NCBI GenBank assembly: GCA_963805625.1
Contig: CAWDVE010000010.1
Span: 1,152,001-1,216,000 of the forward strand
Reading direction: 5' to 3'
From: an uncultured Candidatus Rokubacteria bacterium
GTDB lineage: Bacteria; Methylomirabilota; Methylomirabilia; Rokubacteriales; DASRDR01
DNA: 64,000 nucleotides
Shown here: positions 42,660 to 50,738 of the stretch, piece by piece
Layout of the letters: every line of letters starts with the position of its first letter
Position numbering within the stretch: the stretch's first letter is position 1
The notes under the pieces: model-generated
Database searches by the model: none
The model's input: the letters and a program-made list of their open reading frames with translations, nothing else
Told to the model about the DNA's origin: nothing
Program-made: the position numbers and the translations under genes

Positions 42660-42670
42660 GTCGACCTCCC

Positions 42671-43051
42671 TCACGCGGCCTGGAGCCGTCGAGCGTGGCG
42701 CGCCACGGTGCCGAGCGGACGAACGACGGCCGGTTCCGGGGTCAGAACCAGTTCGTACCGGCCCGCGCCCGCCCGCGTCAGGGTCTCGTGGGCGATGGCC
42801 ACGATGCGGCTCACCGTCGCCGGCCGGCCGACTGGGACCTGGATCTCGACGCGCCACGGGCCTCCCAGCGGCTTGGTGACCAGCGGGGCCACGATCGGTC
42901 CCAGCTCGTCCGCGATGGCGTCGGTCAACCGCACCTGCCGGGCGACCACGGCCTCCCGGCGGTGGTCGCGCCATGCGGCGAGCCCGAGCAGTCCCAAAAT
43001 CACAAGGATCGGCGAGGACATTGTCAGGGTCGCGATCGCTACCGTCATCAT
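42671..43051 (-). CDS. Small hypothetical membrane protein (~126 aa)
   Basis: Strong GGAGGAGG RBS, N-terminal TM, compact alpha/beta C-terminal part. Confidence 0.65.
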   Translation of the reverse strand: MMTVAIATLTMSSPILVILGLLGLAAWRDHRREAVVARQVRLTDAIADELGPIVAPLVTKPLGGPWRVEIQVPVGRPATVSRIVAIAHETLTRAGAGRYELVLTPEPAVVRPLGTVARHARRLQAA

Positions 43052-43078
43052 GTGGGGCCTCCTCCCTCTTGCCTGTTG

Positions 43079-43105
43079 AGACACCGCTCGGACGGCGGCG
43101 TGAAA
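43079..43105 (-). promoter_or_regulatory. Putative ECF-type promoter, copy 2 (TTTCACG-N11-GCGG-N-GTCT)
   Basis: Same motif and spacing as 44884-44910 upstream of the sigma gene. Confidence 0.6.
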
Positions 43106-43132
43106 CCACGGGAGGCGGCAGCGGGAGCGCTG

Positions 43133-43260
43133 CTACTGGGCGAGAAAGGGCTCGAGGGCGGCCAGGGTCTCGGCCGGAGCTTCCTCGGGCAGGAAGTGGC
43201 CAGAGGCCACCGGCTGACCCCGGACGTCGCGGGCCCAGTCACGCCAGATGGCGAAGTACC
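43133..43260 (-). pseudogene. C-terminal remnant of an alpha/beta hydrolase (haloacetate dehalogenase-like)
   Basis: IWRDWARDVRGQPVASGHFLPEEAPAETLAALEPFL*; no N-terminal part present. Confidence 0.65.
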
Positions 43261-43375
43261 GGCGGCCCGTGGCCCCCGACGACGGTGTGGATCTCGGCCT
43301 CGCGCGTCCGGAGCCGCTCACGGCGGAACCCCGAGAACAGCGCCTCGTCCGCCGGACCCGCGGGATCGGGCTCGC

Positions 43376-44350
43376 TCAATTGACCTCGTGGAGGGGGTGG
43401 AGGTCCGGGCGGCAGCTCGTGCAGGGGTGGAGCCCGACCGCCTCGGCTCGGCTCCGGGAGCCGAAGTAGGTCAGCAGCCCGGACCGGAGCGTCTCCATCG
43501 ACGGGCAGCTTGGGAGGCAGTACTCGCTGTCGCCGGGCGCGAGCAGGTACATTGCGCCCCGCGCCACTGCGAAGTCGTTGTGCGCCGGTACGAGGGGCAC
43601 GCCTTCGGTCGCGAGCAACTGCCGCTTCCGACCGGTCTCACCGCCCGCGTAGCCCGTCAAGAGACCCGACGCTCCCACCACCCGGTGGCACGGGATGGCG
43701 ATGGGGACCGGGTTCCACCGGAGCGCTTGCGCCACGGCCCGCACCGCCCGAGGCTGTCCCAGGTCGCTCGCCAGCCGCTTGTACGACACCACCGCGCCGT
43801 ACGGGATGCTGGCGGTGCGCTCGAGAACCTTCCGCTGGAACGGGCTCCTCGCCAGCCGGAGGTCGAGCGCCCACGGGAGCTGCTGCGCCCGCCCCTCGAT
43901 GTACGCTTGGAACTCCCGGTAGAGCTCCTCGGACTCGCCTCCGTCCTCGACCGCCTCGATCCCACGCATCCGCGCGAGACGCGAGGCCCCGAGATCGCGT
44001 CGGCCGTGGAGGTACTCCAGCAGGACGACTCCCTGCTCCGAGTGCGCCAGGAGGATCGGCCCCAGCGTCGAATCGAATACCCGGTAGGCGACGATGCGGC
44101 TCCGGAGGTCGTCGAGCCTCGCGTCGAGCCGCTCACGCGACTGCGCCACACCCTGGGCGTCCACGGCCGCCTCCCGGATCACCCCGAGCTCGCGATCGAT
44201 GGCCTGGTAGCCCGAGTGCTCGACCCGGCACGACTCGCACTTCGCGACGTGCGCGGCCACGCGGCCCTCGGTGCCGGCGTCCGCTTCGCCGATCGCCGCG
44301 GCCACGAGGTCCGCCTCGATCTCGGTGCAGCTCGCCCCCTTTCGCTTCAC
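43376..44350 (-). CDS. Fusion: zinc anti-sigma (ZAS) domain + O6-methylguanine-DNA methyltransferase + Ada-type metal-binding domain
   Basis: SC...HVAKCESC (HxxxCxxC); SY..LA..RAV.QAL..NP..I.IPCHRVV; C-terminal YCLPSCP...A...G.HPCTSCRP; GTG overlaps the sigma TGA. Confidence 0.85.
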   Translation of the reverse strand: MKRKGASCTEIEADLVAAAIGEADAGTEGRVAAHVAKCESCRVEHSGYQAIDRELGVIREAAVDAQGVAQSRERLDARLDDLRSRIVAYRVFDSTLGPILLAHSEQGVVLLEYLHGRRDLGASRLARMRGIEAVEDGGESEELYREFQAYIEGRAQQLPWALDLRLARSPFQRKVLERTASIPYGAVVSYKRLASDLGQPRAVRAVAQALRWNPVPIAIPCHRVVGASGLLTGYAGGETGRKRQLLATEGVPLVPAHNDFAVARGAMYLLAPGDSEYCLPSCPSMETLRSGLLTYFGSRSRAEAVGLHPCTSCRPDLHPLHEVN

Positions 44351-44874
44351 GACACGAGCTCCTTCCCGATCAGCTCGCGCCCCTCGAGGGCACGGCGAAC
44401 CTTCCGGAGAGCCTGAAATACGTGGGCCCGAGCGGTCTCGGCCGAGCACTCCAGGCTCCGGCCTATCGCTTCGTAGTCGAGCCCGTGGACCTTCCGCTGG
44501 AGGAAGGCCAGGCGCTGCTTGAGCGGGAGCCCGGAGACGACGTGCTCGACAGCCGCCCCGATCTCCTGCGACAGAGTGACGGTGTCCGGCCGCTCTTGGT
44601 CCGTCTCCCGCACCTCGGTCACCACCGCGGCATAGGCCAACCGGCGCCGCTTCTGCGACCGGAAGTGGTTCCGGGTGAGGTTCGTCGCGATCGCGAAGAG
44701 CCAGGCCCGGGAGTTGGCATCGGGCGGGAGCGTCCGGTGGGCGCGGAAGGCCCGCAGGAACGTCTCCTGCGCGAGGTCGTCGGCATCCTGCCGCCGCCCG
44801 GTCACCCGGAGCACATACCGGTAGATCTCTGCATGGTGGTCAGACATAAGCGCCTCGAACGTCCGATCGCCCAT
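44347..44874 (-). CDS. ECF RNA polymerase sigma factor
   Basis: DADDLAQETFLRA, RAWLFAIATN (region 2); LP..QR.AF......GLDY..IG..L.CS..TARAHV (region 4). Confidence 0.9.
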   Translation of the reverse strand: MGDRTFEALMSDHHAEIYRYVLRVTGRRQDADDLAQETFLRAFRAHRTLPPDANSRAWLFAIATNLTRNHFRSQKRRRLAYAAVVTEVRETDQERPDTVTLSQEIGAAVEHVVSGLPLKQRLAFLQRKVHGLDYEAIGRSLECSAETARAHVFQALRKVRRALEGRELIGKELVS

Positions 44875-44883
44875 CACTCCCAA

Positions 44884-44910
44884 AGACCCCGCAGCCGGGC
44901 CGCCGTGAAA
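44884..44910 (-). promoter_or_regulatory. Putative autoregulatory ECF promoter, copy 1 (TTTCACG-N11-GCGG-N-GTCT)
   Basis: -10-like GTCT ends 6-9 nt before the GTG/ATG of the sigma gene; duplicated at 43079-43105. Confidence 0.6.
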
Positions 44911-45056
44911 GGGCGCCCAGTTCGGCCCTGGCGCGCCAGCGGATGAATCGTGATTATTGTCAACGTAATAAACATGTTATCTATCATCGTCTCGGAATCA
45001 GTCTGATCTAGAGCCAACACCAGTCGAGACCCGTCCTCAAACCTCGGCGAGCCTCG

Positions 45057-47168
45057 CTACCTCGCCGGCCGCGCCTCACGCTGGGCGTGGCCGGAGAAGG
45101 TCGCCTCCGACGGATCGGCCCGAGCCACGTCCACCATCGTCGAGTGGAACGCCGGCCCCCCGCCCATGTCGGCGAGACCATCCGAGGTGAGGACGTTGAC
45201 GCCGCGTCCCCCCGGCATGAACTTGTGCCACCAGATCCCCTCGATGACTACCTGGCCCTGCAGGGTGTCGTCGGACAGGACTGCGGTAAAGAGCGCCCGT
45301 CCTCGGTCGTTGAAGACCGCGACGAGGTCTCCCCCGGCGATCCCTCGGGTGACCGCGTCGTCCGGATGGACGAGCACCGTCGGCCCACCCTGCCGCGCCC
45401 GGAGCAGGGCCGACTGGCTGAACGACGAGTTGAGGAAGAAGCGATTCGGCGGGACGTGGCAGCGAAGGGGGTAGCGTGGCCCGACGGCCGGATTGTCCCA
45501 GCTCTCCCGGAGCGGGACGTACGTGGGCAGCGGCGGCAGCCCTTGCTTGGCGAGGGTCTCGGAGTAGAACTCCACGCGACCCGAAGGCGTTGGCGCCCCG
45601 TCCGCGAAGGGCCGGAAGGGCCGCGGCACGGCGATCCGCGCCGAGTGCTCGACGCGGAGGCGTTCGTGGGTGATCCCGTCGGCGACCGCACCCGCCGCCC
45701 GGAGATGAGCGTCGATGAGCCCCGGGAGCGGCGTCTCGTAGTGGCGGTCGGGCATCCCCATGGCACGGGCCAGCTGCCCGAAGACCTCCCAGTTCGTCCG
45801 GGCTTCCTCCCGGGGAGCGATCACCGGCTCGGCCAGCTGGAGGTAGAGGTGGCCGAACGACCGGTAGACGTCCTGGTGCTCCATGCTCGTGGTCGCCGGA
45901 AGAAGGAGGTCCGCGTAGTCTGCCGTGTCCGTCTGGACCTGCTCGTGCACGACGGTGAAGAGGTCCTCGCGAGCGAGCCCCTCCAGCACGAGGCTCGAGT
46001 TCGGACAGACCGCCGCCGGGTTCGAGTTGTACACGTAGAGCGCCATGACGGGCGGGCGGAGATCCGCGTCCGTCAGGGCGCGCCCGAGCTGGACCATGTT
46101 GATCGTGCGCGGCGCGGGCGAGGGCAGGAGGTCCCGCCGCTCGAGGACCGTATCGCCGGGGCCGAATGTGCCGGAGCTCCCGAGGAGCGCCCCGCCGTGC
46201 GGGTGCGCGTAGGCGCCCGTGAGGGCGGGCAGGCACGCGATGGTCCGGCACGTCATGCCGCCGTTCTCGTGCCGCGACAGCCCGATGCCCACGCGGAGGT
46301 AGCTGGCCCGCGTCCCGCCGTATCGCCGCGCGAGGTCGACGATCGCGTCCGCGGGGAGCCCGGTGATCGCGGACACGCGCTCGGGCGGATAGGCGCGGAC
46401 ATGCTCGCGGAGCGCCTCGAAGCCGAGCGTCGCGCGCGCGATGTAGCCGTGATCGAGGAGGTCCTCCCGGATCAGGACGTGAATCAGACCGAGTGCCAGC
46501 GCCCCGTCCGTCCCCGAGCGGATCATGAGGTGCTCGTCCGCCTGTCGGGCTGTCCGGGTCCGGTAGGGATCGATGCAGACGATGTGCGCGCCGCGCACCC
46601 GCGCCTCCTTGACCAGGGTCATCAGGTTGATGTGAGTGTAGGCGGCGTTGATTCCCCAGAGGACGACCAGCTCGGCGCCCACCATCTGCTCCGAGTCGTT
46701 CCCGGCGACGACGCCGAGCGTGGCCCGCCATCCCGCATAGGCGGTCGACACGCAGATCGTCCGGTCGAGCTGACTCGCGCCGAGGGCGTGGAAGAACGGG
46801 TGACCCGCGTAGTACTGGATGCGGCCCAGTGTCCCCGCGTACGAGAACGGCAGGATTGCTTCGGGGCCCCACTGGGCGATGATCCGCGTGAACCGGTGGG
46901 CGATCTCCTCGATGGCGTCGTCCCAGGAGATGGGCTCGAACTCGGCGGTCCCCTTCGGCCCCGCGCGCCGCATCGGGCGGAGCACGCGCAGCGGGGAGTA
47001 CACGCGCTCCGCGTAGTCGTGCACCTTGCCGCAGATCACGCCCCGGGTGAACGGATGCGCCCGGTCCCCGGCGACGTCGACGATCCGGCCGGCCTCGGTC
47101 GTGACCTCGAGCGCGCAGGCGGACGGGCAGTCGTGGGGGCAGACGGAGGCGTGCGTGTGGCGCGTCAT
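45057..47168 (-). CDS. Molybdopterin (bis-MGD) oxidoreductase of unknown substrate
   Basis: CPHDCPSAC...C 4Fe-4S motif, WGIN, SNP, TDTADYADLLLPAT and C-terminal molydop-binding domain; GGAGGAG RBS. Confidence 0.88.
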   Translation of the reverse strand: MTRHTHASVCPHDCPSACALEVTTEAGRIVDVAGDRAHPFTRGVICGKVHDYAERVYSPLRVLRPMRRAGPKGTAEFEPISWDDAIEEIAHRFTRIIAQWGPEAILPFSYAGTLGRIQYYAGHPFFHALGASQLDRTICVSTAYAGWRATLGVVAGNDSEQMVGAELVVLWGINAAYTHINLMTLVKEARVRGAHIVCIDPYRTRTARQADEHLMIRSGTDGALALGLIHVLIREDLLDHGYIARATLGFEALREHVRAYPPERVSAITGLPADAIVDLARRYGGTRASYLRVGIGLSRHENGGMTCRTIACLPALTGAYAHPHGGALLGSSGTFGPGDTVLERRDLLPSPAPRTINMVQLGRALTDADLRPPVMALYVYNSNPAAVCPNSSLVLEGLAREDLFTVVHEQVQTDTADYADLLLPATTSMEHQDVYRSFGHLYLQLAEPVIAPREEARTNWEVFGQLARAMGMPDRHYETPLPGLIDAHLRAAGAVADGITHERLRVEHSARIAVPRPFRPFADGAPTPSGRVEFYSETLAKQGLPPLPTYVPLRESWDNPAVGPRYPLRCHVPPNRFFLNSSFSQSALLRARQGGPTVLVHPDDAVTRGIAGGDLVAVFNDRGRALFTAVLSDDTLQGQVVIEGIWWHKFMPGGRGVNVLTSDGLADMGGGPAFHSTMVDVARADPSEATFSGHAQREARPAR

Positions 47169-47212
47169 CACTCCTCCTCGGGTCCGCACTGTGTGCGCAT
47201 ACTATACGGGCG

Positions 47213-48125
47213 TCAGTATCGTCGCGAAGATCTTGGCCGGCCCTTGCCCGTGACCCGCGAGCCCAGGGTGGCGCGGAATCGAGACGGCGGCTTGCCCCAC
47301 TCCTGGCGGAACGCGATGGTGAAGTGGCTGTGATCCGCATATCCGAGGTCGAGCGCGAGCGCGGTCAGGTCCCGGGCCCCTTGCGCCAGGCGCTCGGCGG
47401 CCACGCGCGCGGGGATTCGGGTCACGTACCGGCGAATCGGCACGCCCACCACCCGGTGGAACGTCCGCGACAGGTGGAAGGGCGAGCGTCCGAGGGCACG
47501 CGACAGGACCTCGAGGGGCGGCGGCCCGCTGATGCTCGCCTGAAGGTGCGTCCGCGCCGTCTCGGCGAGCTCGCGGGCTCGCCGGGCTTCTCCCGGCCTC
47601 GGCGGAGAGGCCCTCCCGGCAGCCGCCGTAGGCCTCCCGCACGACCTCGTCCGCCAGTGGCCGACCAGGTCTCAACCGCCAGGGCGGGCGCGCGGCCGGT
47701 GCGGAGCGCGGCGAGGAGGTCGTACTGAGGGCGCAGCGCCCGGGCAGTGCAGAAGGTGCGGCTCGAGGGGAACGCGGCCTCCGCCCGGTCGGTGGCGCTC
47801 GGCGCATGCGCCGCCACGACGTCTCGCAGCAGCCGGGGTGAGAGCGACACCGTGGTGCAGTCGTCGCCCCCCGCAACCGGGTGGGCGACCCGATAGGGAC
47901 GGCCAGGGGCGACGAACAGCACGTAGCTCGGGTCAGGGGCGATCGCCTCGCCGTCGATGACACACCGGAATGCGTCGAACCGCACGAACACGATGCCGTG
48001 GGCGTCGAACTGCTCTCCCGGCCCGACGGGATGGCACCGACGCGGCACCGGTAGTCCGTGACGGAGATCTCCGGCGAGCTGAACAGCCGGTGCTCTTGCT
48101 GCTGGAGCTCGAGCTGGCGGCTCAC
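47213..48125 (-). pseudogene. AraC-family regulator, multiply frameshifted
   Basis: N-terminus (FSSPEISVTDYRC), cupin part (PYRVAHP...DCT) and HTH part (SPFHLSRTF; LGYADHSHF..AFR..WG..PS.FR) lie in different frames. Confidence 0.75.
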
Positions 48126-48448
48126 GGCGCCTCGTCCGGCGCCGAGCGCGTCGCATACTCGTACCCCCGCCGGAGCCAGCGGAACGCGCGCGAGAGGACC
48201 TCCGGGTCCTCGACGTCACACTCGATCCAGCCGCGGCCCGCGAACCGACGGTGCGGCCGCACCCCGGGCGTCGCCAGCGCGCGGGTCTGATCCGAGCGCG
48301 ACAGCCGCACCCAGAGGTCGTTGTCACGCGGCCGGATGGGATAGCAGGCGAACAGCTGCTCGCCGACGAAGTAGCCGAACCGCCCGAACATCGGTGTGAT
48401 CCGGACGCCGAACCAGCCGCTCAGGACCCGGTTCAGCTCCGCCGACAC
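48122..48448 (-). CDS. TfoX-N / YjbR-like small protein
   Basis: PMFG..GYFV...LFA and GW...W...YE motifs; RBS before GTG. Confidence 0.55.
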   Translation of the reverse strand: MSAELNRVLSGWFGVRITPMFGRFGYFVGEQLFACYPIRPRDNDLWVRLSRSDQTRALATPGVRPHRRFAGRGWIECDVEDPEVLSRAFRWLRRGYEYATRSAPDEAP

Positions 48449-48543
48449 TCCCTCTCCTCCCTGGCGCATCACCCGCCGATCCCGGCGCGCGCGGCCTGTC
48501 CCGCGCGGACCAGGCGGGGGGCCGGCCCGTCGCTTGTGCATCG

Positions 48544-48984
48544 TCAGATCCGTCGCGGCGGGACACGCCGGTAGAAGAGCAGCTCGCGCGTCCCTTGCGG
48601 CAGGTTGTCGATGTAACCGCTCGGCGCGAAGCCGAGAGCGCCGTGGAGGCGGATCGCGGGACCGTTCGTCTCGTCGACGGACGAGAAGACGCGGGGGGTC
48701 GGGGAAACCGCGTCGACCGATCGCATCAGCTCGCACGCGATGCCCCGCCGCCGGAACTTCTCCTGCACGACCACCAGCGAGACGAACGTGCACTGGAACC
48801 AGTCCGTCCGGTAGGCGCAGAGCCCGACGACCTCGCCGTCCGCCTCCGCGACGATGAGGTGGTGCTGTTCCAGGTGCGCCTTGACGAGCGGCCCGGCGCG
48901 GTCGGGGCCGACGACGAGCGCCGCCAGCTCGGCGCACGGTCGTGCGTCACCCTGGCGCGGCGGGCGGATCTCGATCAGCGCCAT
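48544..48984 (-). CDS. GNAT family N-acetyltransferase
   Basis: V...FRRRGIA..L and N..AI.LH..LGF motifs. Confidence 0.85.
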   Translation of the reverse strand: MALIEIRPPRQGDARPCAELAALVVGPDRAGPLVKAHLEQHHLIVAEADGEVVGLCAYRTDWFQCTFVSLVVVQEKFRRRGIACELMRSVDAVSPTPRVFSSVDETNGPAIRLHGALGFAPSGYIDNLPQGTRELLFYRRVPPRRI

Positions 48985-49973
48985 TCTTCCCTCACACTTG
49001 CCCCCGCACCGCCGCGCACGGGTTCAGCCGGCGCGTCCACGCCAGGCGCCGCCAGGAGAGCCCGGAGCGCCGCCACCACGCGATCGACGTCCGCCCAGGG
49101 AGCACCGCCGGGAGAACCGGCGATCGCCCGTACATTGGCACCGAGTGGCGCCCACACCGCCGGATCGGTCGGCCCGAAGAGCGCCACGGTCGGGCAGCCC
49201 ACGACCGCCGCGAGGTGGGTCGGGCCCGAATCGTTGCCCACGACAGCGCGCGCGAGCGAGAGGAGCGCCGCGACCTCCGGAAGCGGCCAGTCCCGGACCA
49301 AGCGGTCCTCTTCCAGCGCCCCGGCCTCGAGGAGCGCCTGCACGACCGGTCCGTCGGCCGGCCCGGCCAGGGCGACCAGCGGAAGGTCGGCGGCGCGGAG
49401 CCGGCCCGCCAGGACCGCGAAGCCCGGCCACACCTTGGCGGTGCTCCCGGCGCCAGGCTGGAGGACCACAGCCTCCGCGGATCCGATTCCCCGGACAGCG
49501 AGCCACGCCCCGGCCACGGCCCGGCCGGCCTCCGTCACGCGAAGGCGCACGGACGGAAGGCCGGCCGGAAGAGGCCCCAGCGGAGCCAGGGTCTCGAGGA
49601 GATAGCGGCTCACGTGACGGCCGGTCCCCGGCGGCGGGACGGCTCGCGCGACCACCGTCGGACGGCCGAGCCGGGCGAGGTTCGCTCGAAAGGCCGAGTC
49701 CCCTGCCCCGAGCCAGCACGCGAGGGCGTCGAAGCTCGCGATGCCGTCGTGCGCCGCCGCACCGGGCGGCTCGACGAAGAGCCGATGAAGGGCCAGGGCC
49801 TCGAGGTCGCACGCGTCGTCGACCAGGCCCAAGCCCCTGAAGAGAGGCACGAGCCGGGAGGTGACGGCCAGGGTCGTACGGAAGCCGAGCGCGCGCAGAT
49901 GACCGAGCGCGGGCCCGGCCAGGAGCACGTCACCCAGCGCGCCTGGATGGACGACCAGGCAGCGCGGGATCAC
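48975..49973 (-). CDS. Glycosyltransferase family 9 (heptosyltransferase-like)
   Basis: GALGD, QPGAG..K.W, GNDSGPTHLAA..G.PTVALFGPT. Confidence 0.88.
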   Translation of the reverse strand: MIPRCLVVHPGALGDVLLAGPALGHLRALGFRTTLAVTSRLVPLFRGLGLVDDACDLEALALHRLFVEPPGAAAHDGIASFDALACWLGAGDSAFRANLARLGRPTVVARAVPPPGTGRHVSRYLLETLAPLGPLPAGLPSVRLRVTEAGRAVAGAWLAVRGIGSAEAVVLQPGAGSTAKVWPGFAVLAGRLRAADLPLVALAGPADGPVVQALLEAGALEEDRLVRDWPLPEVAALLSLARAVVGNDSGPTHLAAVVGCPTVALFGPTDPAVWAPLGANVRAIAGSPGGAPWADVDRVVAALRALLAAPGVDAPAEPVRGGAGASVREEWR

Positions 49974-50677
49974 GCCGCCGCTCGGCCCCGCGGGACAGGC
50001 CCCGGCGTACGCGCGCGCCAGCGAGGAGCGACGTGGCGGGCCACTAGGCGGACGCCCACCTCACCGGCCCACCAGCCGAAGAGCGCGCCGCCGAGCACGT
50101 CCGAGAGGAAGTGGGCGTTCAGCACGACGCGCGAGGCGCCCACGCCGGAGGCCGCCGCGAGGATCCACCCGCGGCGCCGGCCCGGCGCCCATCCCACGAG
50201 GGCGGCGGCCGCCGCGAAGGCGGTCCCGGCATGACCCGACGGGAACCCGTGGTAGTCACGCTCTCCGAAGCACGGCCAGTGAAAGAACCCGCGGCGCGCC
50301 GGCGCGTCTGGCGGCGTCGCCGCCCCGACGCCCCAGCCGTCCACGAGCCGAGGCCGCGCGCGACAGGCGACGTGCTTGACCACCTGCGTCGCGAGTCCCG
50401 CGAGGAGGACGCCTGCCACGCCGCCCACCGCCGCCTGCCACATCTGGGCGTCAGCCGTCCGGTGAGCCAGGACCGCCAGGCCAAGGAGGCCGACGGTCGC
50501 GACCTCCGTCGTGCCCAGGAGCGTGAAGCCGTTCGCGAGGAGGCGCACCTCGTGCGAGACGAAGTGGCGGAACACGAAGTCGTGGAGCATCTCGTCGGCC
50601 GGGGTCGCGGCCGCCAGGACGGCGAGCGCGAGCACGGCCGCCTGGACCATGCGGGCCCGGTGAAGCCTCTCGATCAC
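49970..50677 (-). CDS. PAP2-family phosphatase (lipid A / undecaprenyl-PP phosphatase-like)
   Basis: K....R.RP, FPSGH, SRV...AHFLSDV. Confidence 0.85.
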   Translation of the reverse strand: MIERLHRARMVQAAVLALAVLAAATPADEMLHDFVFRHFVSHEVRLLANGFTLLGTTEVATVGLLGLAVLAHRTADAQMWQAAVGGVAGVLLAGLATQVVKHVACRARPRLVDGWGVGAATPPDAPARRGFFHWPCFGERDYHGFPSGHAGTAFAAAAALVGWAPGRRRGWILAAASGVGASRVVLNAHFLSDVLGGALFGWWAGEVGVRLVARHVAPRWRARTPGPVPRGRAAA

Positions 50678-50738
50678 GGGCGCTAGTATCCGCCCCGCCA
50701 GCGGCGCGGCGCAACCTGCGCGGGGCCCGTCGGAGAGC

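Noticed and set aside
45087-47333. 748-aa antisense ORF (likewise 56106-58706, 52469-54424, 1591-3567)
   Set aside because: Stop-poor shadow frames expected from extreme GC3 bias; no recognisable motifs
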